From positions 1 through 41,440 of IMG/VR virus record IMGVR_UViG_3300002461_000793: a stretch of 41,440 nt of DNA, one strand, 5' to 3'. The translations under genes were made by a program, and so were the position numbers. How positions within the stretch are numbered: the first letter of the stretch is position 1; each line of letters starts with the position of its first letter. A model generated the notes under the pieces. It made no database searches, was not told the origin of the DNA, and saw nothing but the letters and a program-made list of their open reading frames with translations. Below, in pieces: positions 25,545 through 34,184 of this stretch. This stretch comes from a virus.

Positions 25545-26389
25545 CACAGGTTGTAATCAGCATCCCGCACCTTGAGCAGGAGATGCTTGCTATGCCACAA
25601 GCTGAGGTGCCAGTTGTACATCGGTTCGGACCTGGTATCTATATCCGCGAGGTAACTCTGAGGGCAGGCACCATCGCCATCGGGCACGCTCAGAAACACG
25701 AGCACACCAACCTGATGCTGACTGGGGCTGTCGCCATGCTGAAGGACGACGGAAGTGTACAAGTCTTGCGGGGCCCGTTGTTTTTTGTGGGTCAACCCGG
25801 GCGTAAGGTAGGCTACGTGATTGAGGATACCGTTTGGCAGAACATCTATGCCACCGACGAGAAAGATATCGACAAGCTGGAAGAGATGTTCCTCGACAAG
25901 TCTGAGCAGTGGAAGTCTGATCATGAAGCTCAGGTCAACGCAGACAGGCTTGAGAACAACTGGGTCAGAAACGACTTCTTGGAGGTGATTTCCTACGCCG
26001 GCTTCTCTCCAGAGGTGGTCAGGGCGCAGTCTGAGTGCGCAGATGATCAGATCCCGATGCCGACCGCCTTTGAAGGCGTGGTGACTGTCAGACCGTCAGC
26101 AATCGAGGGACGAGGGGTGTTTGCTTCGTATCCGTTTGAGGCGGGGCACGTTATCGGGCCAGCAGCCATCGGTGGCAAGAGGACTCCTTTGGGCAGGTAC
26201 ACCAACCACCACCCTGTTCCGAACGCCGTCATGACCAAAGACGAGCATGGAAACGTATGGGCGGTGGCGGTGCGAAGAATCGCAGGGTGCTCCGGAGGAA
26301 ACCAAGGAGAAGAGGTAACAATCGACTACAGGCAGGTGCTGTGCATGCACGGTCTGTGGCCGAATAAAGGTCAAGGAGTGACACAATGA
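25541..26389 (+). CDS. Cupin-like domain fused to a SET domain (282 aa)
   Basis: GTG start with GGGGAGGGAG upstream and a GTGA overlap. N-terminal HxH cupin-like motif IGHAQKHEHTNLMLTG. C-terminal SET signatures IEGRGVFA, RYTNHHPVPNA (NHSCxPN-like) and GEEVTIDY. Confidence 0.75.
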   Translation: MTQVVISIPHLEQEMLAMPQAEVPVVHRFGPGIYIREVTLRAGTIAIGHAQKHEHTNLMLTGAVAMLKDDGSVQVLRGPLFFVGQPGRKVGYVIEDTVWQNIYATDEKDIDKLEEMFLDKSEQWKSDHEAQVNADRLENNWVRNDFLEVISYAGFSPEVVRAQSECADDQIPMPTAFEGVVTVRPSAIEGRGVFASYPFEAGHVIGPAAIGGKRTPLGRYTNHHPVPNAVMTKDEHGNVWAVAVRRIAGCSGGNQGEEVTIDYRQVLCMHGLWPNKGQGVTQ

Positions 26390-27030
26390 GTGGAGTCGCA
26401 ACGGCTATCGTGGCAGGAACTGTTGCCACCGGGTATTTGTCAAGCAGAGCCCAGGGTCGAGCCGCGGATTCAGCGGCGGCATCGGAGATTCAGGGCACCG
26501 CGATGTCCATCGAGGAGCAGCGCCGTCAGTTTGACGAGGTTCAGAAGCTTCTGAAGCCTTACATCGACGCTGGCTCCGGCGCGCTCGGAGCTCAGCAAGG
26601 CCTTATCGGCCTGAAAGGAGACGAAGCTCAAGCTGCGGCCATCGAAGATCTGAAGAGCTCTCCTGAGTTTGCGGCGATGGTAGGCGAAGGAGAGAACGCC
26701 ATCCTGCAGAACGCGTCGGCCACTGGAGGACTGCGCGGTGGGAACACCCAGCTGGCTCTCAGCAGGTTCCGACCTTCGGTGTTGTCGCAGCTGATTCAGC
26801 AGCAGTACGAGCGCCTCGGTGGAATCACCTCCATGGGCCAGGCTTCTGCAACCGGCCAAGCTGCCGCCGCCCAGCAGACAGGCGCCAACGTGTCGTCGCT
26901 GTTCCAAAACCAAGGAACCGCCTTGGCCAATGCGGCTCTTGCAAAAGGCAACGCCCAGTCTCAGTTCATCAGTGGTATCGGTGGAACTGCCGGCACCCTT
27001 GGAACCCTCAAGCTCTTGAAGGCATTCTGA
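26386..27030 (+). CDS. Internal virion/ejection protein (P22 gp7-sized)
   Basis: 214 aa. Rich in Ala, Gly and Gln. The order and size match the gp7 slot. Confidence 0.55.
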   Translation: MSGVATAIVAGTVATGYLSSRAQGRAADSAAASEIQGTAMSIEEQRRQFDEVQKLLKPYIDAGSGALGAQQGLIGLKGDEAQAAAIEDLKSSPEFAAMVGEGENAILQNASATGGLRGGNTQLALSRFRPSVLSQLIQQQYERLGGITSMGQASATGQAAAAQQTGANVSSLFQNQGTALANAALAKGNAQSQFISGIGGTAGTLGTLKLLKAF

Positions 27031-27031
27031 C

Positions 27032-28390
27032 ATGGCCCAACTCAGTAGCTACATCACCAACGTGCGAAGCCCGTTCGAGCAATCTATGGCCGGGGTGCAG
27101 CAAGCCCTGCAAATTTCCGGCGCCGTGCGTGAACGTGACTTCATGGACCAACGTGGTAAGCTGATGCAGGCTCAAGAGGCTGCCGCCGGTGCAGAAGCTG
27201 ATGCCAAGACCGCTGAGCTCAATCGACAGAAGGCGTTCCAAGCTGACGTCGGTACCATCGCCGCAAATCCAACACCGTCGGCAGTCGCGTCGCTGATGAT
27301 CAAGTACCCGGACGTGGCAGAAAAGCTGAAGGTGTCGTACACCTCACTCACTGAAGAGCAGCGCAACGCAAAGGTGGGGCAGGCGTCTCAGGTTTACGCA
27401 GCTCTCAGGGCCGGAAAGCCGGACATCGCTCAGAACTTGTTGGCGACTCAAATCGAGGCCATGAAGAACTCGGGCATGGACCAAGATGCCAAGAACCTGC
27501 AGACCTTGTCTGACCTGATCAAGGTGAGCCCAGAGACTGCGACCACCTCGACTGGGCTTTTCCTTGCGTCAGCCATGGGGCCTGACAAGTTCACCGAAAA
27601 CTTCTCGAAGCTGGAAACTGAGCGTCGGGCAGTTGCCAAGGAAGGTGCTGAGCTCACTGAAGCGCAGGCCAAAGCCAACAAGGCTGCGACTGAGGCCAAG
27701 TTCGCTGAGTCAAACGCGATCATGGATATCACCAAGAAGGGTTGGGATATCACGAAGCTGCAAGAAGACATCGCCATCAACAAGGAGAACGCCCGCATCG
27801 CTGCAGCCCAGATGGCGATCTCTCGCGAGGGCAACGCTCTCAAGAAGCGTGAGCTGGAGATGAAGGTCGAAGACATGAAGCGCGAGCGCGAAGACAAAGT
27901 GCGCACCAAGGTGGCCGATATCGAGTCCGCGAGGACCAACATCGACAACATGCTGAACACGGCCGACCGCATTCTTGCCACGCCGCTCAGCGTGGTTTCG
28001 TCAGCCGCCGGTCCTGTGTCGTCCAAACTTCCGACCATCTCGGCTGACACAGCTAACTTTGAGGAGCTGCTAGAGACATTGAAGTCGCAGTCGTTTCTGG
28101 CCCAGATTCCTAACATCAAGGGCATGGGCGCGTTGTCCAACGCCGAGGGCGAGAAGCTTCAGGCGGCGCTTCAGAATCTTTCTCTGCGCCAGTCGCCGGA
28201 CCGCCTCATCGCGAACATCAAAGAGGCGCAGCGTCTCGTCCTGAAAGCCAGGAAGACGTTGTCCACTCGCTATGGCATGCCAGAAACTGTTCCGGACACC
28301 CCTGCCGCGGCCTCTCAAGGTGGCGCTGGAAGTCCTGACATCGATGCCATCGTCAACAAGTACCGCGGTGGAGCCACGGGGAACTATTAA
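27032..28390 (+). CDS. Internal virion/ejection protein (P22 gp20-sized)
   Basis: 452 aa. Predicted helical, rich in Ala, Lys and Glu. Its position fits the gp20 slot. Confidence 0.55.
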   Translation: MAQLSSYITNVRSPFEQSMAGVQQALQISGAVRERDFMDQRGKLMQAQEAAAGAEADAKTAELNRQKAFQADVGTIAANPTPSAVASLMIKYPDVAEKLKVSYTSLTEEQRNAKVGQASQVYAALRAGKPDIAQNLLATQIEAMKNSGMDQDAKNLQTLSDLIKVSPETATTSTGLFLASAMGPDKFTENFSKLETERRAVAKEGAELTEAQAKANKAATEAKFAESNAIMDITKKGWDITKLQEDIAINKENARIAAAQMAISREGNALKKRELEMKVEDMKREREDKVRTKVADIESARTNIDNMLNTADRILATPLSVVSSAAGPVSSKLPTISADTANFEELLETLKSQSFLAQIPNIKGMGALSNAEGEKLQAALQNLSLRQSPDRLIANIKEAQRLVLKARKTLSTRYGMPETVPDTPAAASQGGAGSPDIDAIVNKYRGGATGNY

Positions 28391-28392
28391 CT

Positions 28393-30264
28393 ATGGCAAC
28401 TCTACAGGAACTTGAACAGGCCCTGGTAGCAGCGGACAAGGCGGGTGCGTCCAACGACGCCCGTATTCTTGCCGCCGCCATCATCGAGGCCCGCAAGAGT
28501 CGGGCCAATGAGATTCCAGGGGTGCAGGTGCCGGGGACAATTCCTCAGGCTCCGGCTCCAGGAATCATGGACAAGGCGATAGGCGCTGGAGAGACTGCGC
28601 TTACCGTCACCACCGGAGCCACAGGAGGAACTCTTGGCGCCTTGGGTGGAACCCTGAAGGGCCTTGCTGAGCAAATCCTGTCTGGCAAGTTCGGAACTCT
28701 TGAGGCCAACAGAGCCGTGGAAGAAGCGGCGATGAAAGGGGCTGAGGCTCTTACCTACGCGCCGAGGACTGAGGCCGGTAAAGAGATGACCGCCGCAGTA
28801 GGTGACGCAGCTCAGAGTCTCGTGCCTCTCACTGGCCTCACTGGTGAGATGGCCGCCGTAGCTGCAGCGTCCAAGCCTGCGACGCAAGCCATCAAGCCAG
28901 CTGTGTCGGCAGCCAAGGAAAAGGTTTCTACCGCCGCCAAGGCGGCCGCGGAAGCCGTGACTCCTGAGTCGATGAAATCGAGAGCGCCAGGTCTGGGCAC
29001 CATGGGGTCGGCAGGTTCTGCCGGTGTAGAAGCTGCCACAATCCGCCAGATGCGGGCAGACGAGTTGCCTGTCCCGATGAAGCTCACTGAGGGACAGAAG
29101 ACCCGGGACTTCCAAGCTCAGAGGTTTGAAGGCGAGACAGCCAAAGATCCTGCTCTTGGTGAGCCCATCCGTGAGCGCTTCCGCCAGCAGCGCCAGCAAC
29201 TGGTTCAGAACATGGACGCGTTCATCGACTCTACTGGGGCCGAGGCGTTTGACGTGACGTCCATCGGCGCCTCTGTAGACAAGGCGCTGCGTCAGAGAGC
29301 GGCCCGCGACAAGGCGCGTATTCGCACCCTGTACAAAGAAGCGGAGAAGGCGGGCGAGATGGAAGCGCCTGTGCAGATGGATGACCTTGCCAAATTCATC
29401 GTTGATAACCAGCCAGAAGCTGAGGTGGCCAACGTGCTCAAGGCGGCGAAGGCCAAGGCAATCCAGCTCGGCGCCCTGGTGGAACTTCCTGATGGTACCT
29501 TGGCAGCGGCCCCTACGTCCTTGAAGAACGTTGAGCTGCTTCGCAGGTCCATCAGCAACGCCACGAACGCTGAGCCGACGAACATCAAGTTCGCCACTGA
29601 TTTGAAGCGGCTCATCGACACCGCCACCGAGGGACTTGGTGGTAACCTGTACAAGCAGGCAAGGTCGGCAAGAGCCCGGTACGCCAACAACTACGAGAAC
29701 ATCGGGCTCATCAAGAACTTGCTTGGCACGAAGCGCACCTCAGCTGACAGAGCCATTGCAGTTGAGGATGTGCTTCGTAAGTCTGTCATGGAGCCGTCAA
29801 CGTCGCTTGACACTGTGCGGCAGGTTCGCCGGCTACTACAGACTGAGGGCGACACCGGCAAGCAGGCATGGAAAGACATCCAAGGCGGTGTTTTGGCGGA
29901 GATCAAGGACGCTGCGACAAGAGGTGTCGTCAGAGACGAGGCAGGCAACCCAGTCGTGAACGTCGGCAGGATGAACCAGATCATCACACAGCTGGACAAG
30001 ACAGGGAAACTGGACTTCGTGTTCGGCAAGAAAGGCGCCGAACAAATCCGTACGCTGAATGAGGTGGCCAAGGACGTGCTGGCTCCGGTGCCAAACGCCG
30101 TGAACACGTCAAACACCGCCAGCGTGATTCTAGCCGCCATGGACATGGCCATCAGCGGAACTGCTGGGATGCCGGCTCCTGTTCTCAGCAGCATGAGACT
30201 GGTCGCCAACGGAGTGAAGAACAACCGAACCAGAGCCAGGGTCAGAAAAGCCCTAGGAGAGTGA
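28393..30264 (+). CDS. Internal virion/ejection protein (P22 gp16-sized)
   Basis: 623 aa. Its position fits the gp16 slot. Confidence 0.55.
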   Translation: MATLQELEQALVAADKAGASNDARILAAAIIEARKSRANEIPGVQVPGTIPQAPAPGIMDKAIGAGETALTVTTGATGGTLGALGGTLKGLAEQILSGKFGTLEANRAVEEAAMKGAEALTYAPRTEAGKEMTAAVGDAAQSLVPLTGLTGEMAAVAAASKPATQAIKPAVSAAKEKVSTAAKAAAEAVTPESMKSRAPGLGTMGSAGSAGVEAATIRQMRADELPVPMKLTEGQKTRDFQAQRFEGETAKDPALGEPIRERFRQQRQQLVQNMDAFIDSTGAEAFDVTSIGASVDKALRQRAARDKARIRTLYKEAEKAGEMEAPVQMDDLAKFIVDNQPEAEVANVLKAAKAKAIQLGALVELPDGTLAAAPTSLKNVELLRRSISNATNAEPTNIKFATDLKRLIDTATEGLGGNLYKQARSARARYANNYENIGLIKNLLGTKRTSADRAIAVEDVLRKSVMEPSTSLDTVRQVRRLLQTEGDTGKQAWKDIQGGVLAEIKDAATRGVVRDEAGNPVVNVGRMNQIITQLDKTGKLDFVFGKKGAEQIRTLNEVAKDVLAPVPNAVNTSNTASVILAAMDMAISGTAGMPAPVLSSMRLVANGVKNNRTRARVRKALGE

Positions 30265-30265
30265 G

Positions 30266-31579
30266 ATGCAGTCAATTCAATCGCCCCTTCCGCAGTTCTT
30301 TGATCTTGACGGCTCAGCGCTCGACGCTGGGTACGTCTACATCGGCATCGCCGGAAGTAACCCTGAGACCACCCCTGCCGACGTCTTCTGGGACATGGCT
30401 GGCACGCAACCTGCTGCCCAACCACTCCGCACTGTCGATGGCTACGTTTCAAGGACCGGTAAGCCGGCTCTTGTTTTCACGACTGAGTTGAACTATTCTA
30501 TCTCGGTTCGTGATCGCAAAGGGCGCCTCATCTACTCGACGCTGAGCATCATCCCAACAGAGTCGACAACGTCTGCCGTTGTGTCGGCGCTGTACTTCTT
30601 GGGTGACCTTGACACTGGTTTTGAGCACCCATCTGATGGCACGATCGTCGTGAAGACGAACGGGCTTGAGGCGTTTCGCTTCAACTCGTCAGGGGTAATC
30701 ACTCAGTCGCTGCCATCAGGTGGTGAGTTTGCCGTCCTTGGAAGCTCGGCAGCTGGGTCAGAGTCGGGGATGCGCCTGAATCAATCGAGCGCGACGTCCG
30801 GTATCGCCCTGCGCCTGTCGAACTCTGGTCTCAACGTACAAGCTACGCTGCGAGGCCGTGGTGATGGTGGACTGACGGCGTATGTAGGACAAACGTCTGG
30901 GGCGGCCAACACCAGCGGTATTCAGGCCTTCGATATTCAACCTGATGGTAACATTGTCGTCGGCAACAGTGGCGTGAATAGTGGCCGTATCGTCACATCT
31001 TACAACGTCGATACAGGGGCTTCGGCTTACGCGCGCTTCACGGCGCAGTCAGACGGTGGGCAGGCGCATTTTCAGGTGAACTCGATTGCCGGCGGTCGTG
31101 CCACGTCGCTGTACTCGAACGTTGGTGGAAACTTTAACATTTACACCCAAGGGGCGAACGTCCTTCAGTTGGGCACCAACAACATCCCGAACCGCATCGT
31201 CATCGGCGCAACCGGTGGAATCACCTTCAACGATAGCCTTACGTTCGCTGGCGGCGCAGGAGTTACCGCCAAGAACATCGCCAAGGCCTGGGTCAACTTC
31301 AACGGTTCGGGCGTGGTCGCCATTCGTGACTCGTTCAACGTAACGTCAATCACTGACAACGGCGTGGGTGATTACACCGTAAACTTCACCGCCGCGCTGA
31401 CAACTGGGTACGCTTGGAGTGTTTCTTCAGGACGTGGCGGCGCGCTGAAAGGGCTGACTCAGGAATCCCCTTATCAGGCTGCACCAACGACGACCACGTT
31501 CCGGCTCGTTGCCGGCTACGATATTGCCGGAGGCGACAACGACCCCGCCTACGTGTCTGCCATTTTCTACGGAGCGTAA
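30266..31579 (+). CDS. Tail fibre/spike protein (437 aa)
   Basis: N-terminal LPQFFDLDGSALDAGYVYIGIAGSNPETTPADVFWD is typical of podoviral fibre/spike N-termini. The C-terminal knob is shared with the 24500..25198 protein. Confidence 0.7.
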   Translation: MQSIQSPLPQFFDLDGSALDAGYVYIGIAGSNPETTPADVFWDMAGTQPAAQPLRTVDGYVSRTGKPALVFTTELNYSISVRDRKGRLIYSTLSIIPTESTTSAVVSALYFLGDLDTGFEHPSDGTIVVKTNGLEAFRFNSSGVITQSLPSGGEFAVLGSSAAGSESGMRLNQSSATSGIALRLSNSGLNVQATLRGRGDGGLTAYVGQTSGAANTSGIQAFDIQPDGNIVVGNSGVNSGRIVTSYNVDTGASAYARFTAQSDGGQAHFQVNSIAGGRATSLYSNVGGNFNIYTQGANVLQLGTNNIPNRIVIGATGGITFNDSLTFAGGAGVTAKNIAKAWVNFNGSGVVAIRDSFNVTSITDNGVGDYTVNFTAALTTGYAWSVSSGRGGALKGLTQESPYQAAPTTTTFRLVAGYDIAGGDNDPAYVSAIFYGA

Positions 31580-31580
31580 A

Positions 31581-32183
31581 ATGAACAAGGTGATCATCTA
31601 CAATAATGGTGCCGGCATCTCGGTTGTCTATCCAGCCCCTAACGCGCGGAGACGGATTATTGTCTCAGAGGCGGTGACCCAGCAAGTAGAAGAGCAGGTC
31701 ACGACCTACGTTCAGGAGACGGACGAAGAGACTGGGGTTACCACGTACACACCAAGAACTCAAACCGTCAGCCGCACGGTTGAGGTGACGCCCGCCGTCT
31801 ATCGCGATCAGACAGACGAGGAGTTCCTTGTCATGGTGGCAACCCAGTCTGTACCTGCAGGAGTCTCCCACCAAGTTGTGGACATCGACGCCATCCCGCA
31901 GGATCGCACCTTCAGAAACGCATGGAAAGCTGACGGAGACAGAGTCGTTGAGGACGTGGAGAAGGCCAAGGAGGTGGCCAAGGATATTCTGAGAGCGAAA
32001 CGCGCCCCGGTTATGAACGATCTCGACGTGCAGTTCATGAGGGCTTTGGAAGAGGGTAAGCCCACCGCGTCAATTACCGCTGAAAAGCAACGGCTTCGCG
32101 ACATCACCAAGATTGTTGACGGCGTCTCCTCACTCAGCGAGCTGAAGGAGATCGCAGCCAGCGCCGTTCAAGCGTCGAGGTAA
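31581..32183 (+). CDS. Hypothetical protein (200 aa), possibly a fibre assembly factor
   Basis: Trimmed to ATG 31581, 1 nt after the upstream stop. The C-terminal region resembles DUF4376-type fibre-associated proteins (memory based). Confidence 0.5.
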   Translation: MNKVIIYNNGAGISVVYPAPNARRRIIVSEAVTQQVEEQVTTYVQETDEETGVTTYTPRTQTVSRTVEVTPAVYRDQTDEEFLVMVATQSVPAGVSHQVVDIDAIPQDRTFRNAWKADGDRVVEDVEKAKEVAKDILRAKRAPVMNDLDVQFMRALEEGKPTASITAEKQRLRDITKIVDGVSSLSELKEIAASAVQASR

Positions 32184-32554
32184 TGGTGAACGAGCAGCCT
32201 CCACCCACTATCACCACCGCTCTCATTCTTCAACTCATCGCCAGCATCAACAACAACACGGCAGAACTTCATGAGCTCAAGAAAGAGGTGGAAAGTCTGG
32301 CCAAGGAAAAGAGATCTCTGGCAGTCGACGTTGGTTGTATGAGCAAAGGCATTAACGAGTTCAAGGCTAAGTTTGAACCGTATCTCATCGACGCGGTTGA
32401 CAACAAGAAACTCTGGCTGGGATGGAGGCGCGACTGGATCAAGATGTCCATCGGAGCCGCCATCGTTTGTGCCGGAGGTTTCGCCATGTACGTTGTAGGA
32501 GAGATGGTCATAACTTGGGTTGCCCAAGGTCTGGCTGCAAGAGCGCATAAGTGA
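32183..32554 (+). CDS. Membrane protein (123 aa), possibly lysis-associated
   Basis: Coiled-coil segment plus C-terminal TM helix MSIGAAIVCAGGFAMYVVGEMVITWV. Confidence 0.5.
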   Translation: MVNEQPPPTITTALILQLIASINNNTAELHELKKEVESLAKEKRSLAVDVGCMSKGINEFKAKFEPYLIDAVDNKKLWLGWRRDWIKMSIGAAIVCAGGFAMYVVGEMVITWVAQGLAARAHK

Positions 32555-32871
32555 TTTCTGAATACCTGAGAACTCAACTTAGGATCATCGCTGGTCAGGT
32601 GCCTGACGGTGACGAAGACTCGGACGAGCCGCTGGTGGCCCAGTTCGGGTTTCCTAGGGTGAGCTCTCAGGACGCGGACGAGATTCTGGCGTACGAGGAT
32701 CTTGTTGAGTGGGTTGCAAGTCTTCTCAACGAGCATGGCTCAGAGAAGACTGAGCGGCTCTTGATGATCTACGCCAAGCTGTTAAAGACTCCATCAGCGA
32801 TGGAGACACTCCAACTCGTACAAAGGAAAATGGCCGATGCCTCTGCCACTACTGATAGCGCCGCTTCTTAA
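32551..32871 (+). CDS. Hypothetical acidic protein (106 aa)
   Basis: GTG start in a GTGA overlap with the upstream stop. Confidence 0.45.
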   Translation: MISEYLRTQLRIIAGQVPDGDEDSDEPLVAQFGFPRVSSQDADEILAYEDLVEWVASLLNEHGSEKTERLLMIYAKLLKTPSAMETLQLVQRKMADASATTDSAAS

Positions 32872-33364
32872 GGCGGGACTCGGCCTGGTCGCCAACGCGG
32901 CCCTTGCCAAAGGCAAGGAGTGGGTCGAAGAAAAGACCGGAGTTGAGCTGGACAAGCCTCTGTCAGAAGAGTCGATCGTCAAGCTTCGGCAGTTCGAACT
33001 TGAGAACGAGCAGGAACTGCGTCGGTTGGCCATCGAAGAAAACAAGTTGGACATCGAGGTGTTCAAGGCCGAGGTGGCAGACAAGGGTGACGCCAGGAAG
33101 CGTGACGTCGAGTTCCTCAGGTCTGGGAGAAAGAACTACCGCGCCGACTTCATGTTTTTCCTCGCCGTGCTGATGATCGCCGGCATGGTCTGGATCGTGT
33201 GGAAAGATCCTTCCATCAACGAGTACGTGAAAGGCATCTTCACCCTCGTTCTCGGCCGATTCCTAGGGTACCTCGACAACATCTACAACTTCGAGTTCGG
33301 AACCACCAGAGGCTCCAAGGACAAGGACGACACCATCAAGCAACTGAGTGGAGGTTCAAAATGA
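32837..33364 (+). CDS. Holin candidate (three hydrophobic segments)
   Basis: LPLLIAPLLKAGLGLVANAAL, FMFFLAVLMIAGMVWIVW and IFTLVLGRFLGYL. ATGA overlap with the endolysin start. The layout recalls GTA-type 3TM holins. Confidence 0.55.
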   Translation: MPLPLLIAPLLKAGLGLVANAALAKGKEWVEEKTGVELDKPLSEESIVKLRQFELENEQELRRLAIEENKLDIEVFKAEVADKGDARKRDVEFLRSGRKNYRADFMFFLAVLMIAGMVWIVWKDPSINEYVKGIFTLVLGRFLGYLDNIYNFEFGTTRGSKDKDDTIKQLSGGSK

Positions 33365-33729
33365 GCCCACTGATTCGAGCCCAGCACAAATTCCTCATCG
33401 ACGTCAGCAAACTCATCATCTGGGCCAACACCAGAGACTGGGTTCTGACCGGAGGAGAGTTGTTCAGAACCGTGGAGCAGCAGCGGATCCACGTCAAGGC
33501 CGGCAGATCCAGAACCATGAACAGTCAGCACGGCATGAGGCTGGCCATTGACTTCAACATCTTTGTTGACGGTCAGCTCTGCTACGACAAGAAAGTGCTG
33601 GCACCGATGGGGGCGTTCTGGGAGAGCATGGATCCACTGAACTCTTGGGGAGGTAATGGGATCAAGCTCGTCGACACCCCTCACTTCTCAAGGGGCATCG
33701 ACAAGCCTGAGTTTCGCAGGGTCACCTAG
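33361..33729 (+). CDS. Endolysin, peptidase M15 (VanY/L-Ala-D-Glu peptidase-like)
   Basis: Trimmed to ATG 33361. Zinc ligands in SQHGMRLAIDF and VDTPHF. Confidence 0.8.
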   Translation: MSPLIRAQHKFLIDVSKLIIWANTRDWVLTGGELFRTVEQQRIHVKAGRSRTMNSQHGMRLAIDFNIFVDGQLCYDKKVLAPMGAFWESMDPLNSWGGNGIKLVDTPHFSRGIDKPEFRRVT

Positions 33730-34184
33730 TCAGGATACTTCTGCCAGAACCGGCCTGCGGTCTGCCACAACTCTCTTGCCGGGTGCGGGTACTCCTCCTT
33801 GAAGATGATGTAGTGGCAGGAGGTGTTCAGGAGAAGCTTCGTGCAGGTCATGCAGGGCGACGTGGTAACGTAGCACGCGGTAATCTGAGAGACATCCCTG
33901 CATTGCAGGAGCGCGTTCTGCTCAGCATGGATCGCCTGGCACATGTCAAGGTTGGTGCCGCTTGGAGATTGAGCTCCTGGACAAGCCCACCGATAATGGT
34001 CGTCGATGACTCCAGGTTCGTTGCAGTGCGCTAGACCAGCGGCCACGCCGTTGTACCCGGTCGACAGGATGTGCCCCTTCTCGTTGATCAGAACCGCCCC
34101 CACCTGACGCCTGAGGCATGTGGACCTCAAAGCGCAGATTTCGGCGATCCTCATCGCCCAGTCGTTGATGTGTATCCTGCTCAT
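33726..34184 (-). CDS. dCMP deaminase
   Basis: HAEQNAL and PCMTCTKLL zinc motifs. ATG 34184 forms an ATGA overlap with the ThyA-like stop. Confidence 0.9.
   Translation of the reverse strand: MSRIHINDWAMRIAEICALRSTCLRRQVGAVLINEKGHILSTGYNGVAAGLAHCNEPGVIDDHYRWACPGAQSPSGTNLDMCQAIHAEQNALLQCRDVSQITACYVTTSPCMTCTKLLLNTSCHYIIFKEEYPHPARELWQTAGRFWQKYPD

Noticed and set aside
24911-31576. The possibility that the duplicated fibre C-terminal segment is a diversity-generating retroelement TR/VR pair.
   Set aside because: There is no reverse transcriptase anywhere in the window. The differences between the two copies involve all four bases rather than being confined to adenines, and both copies are in-frame coding ends.
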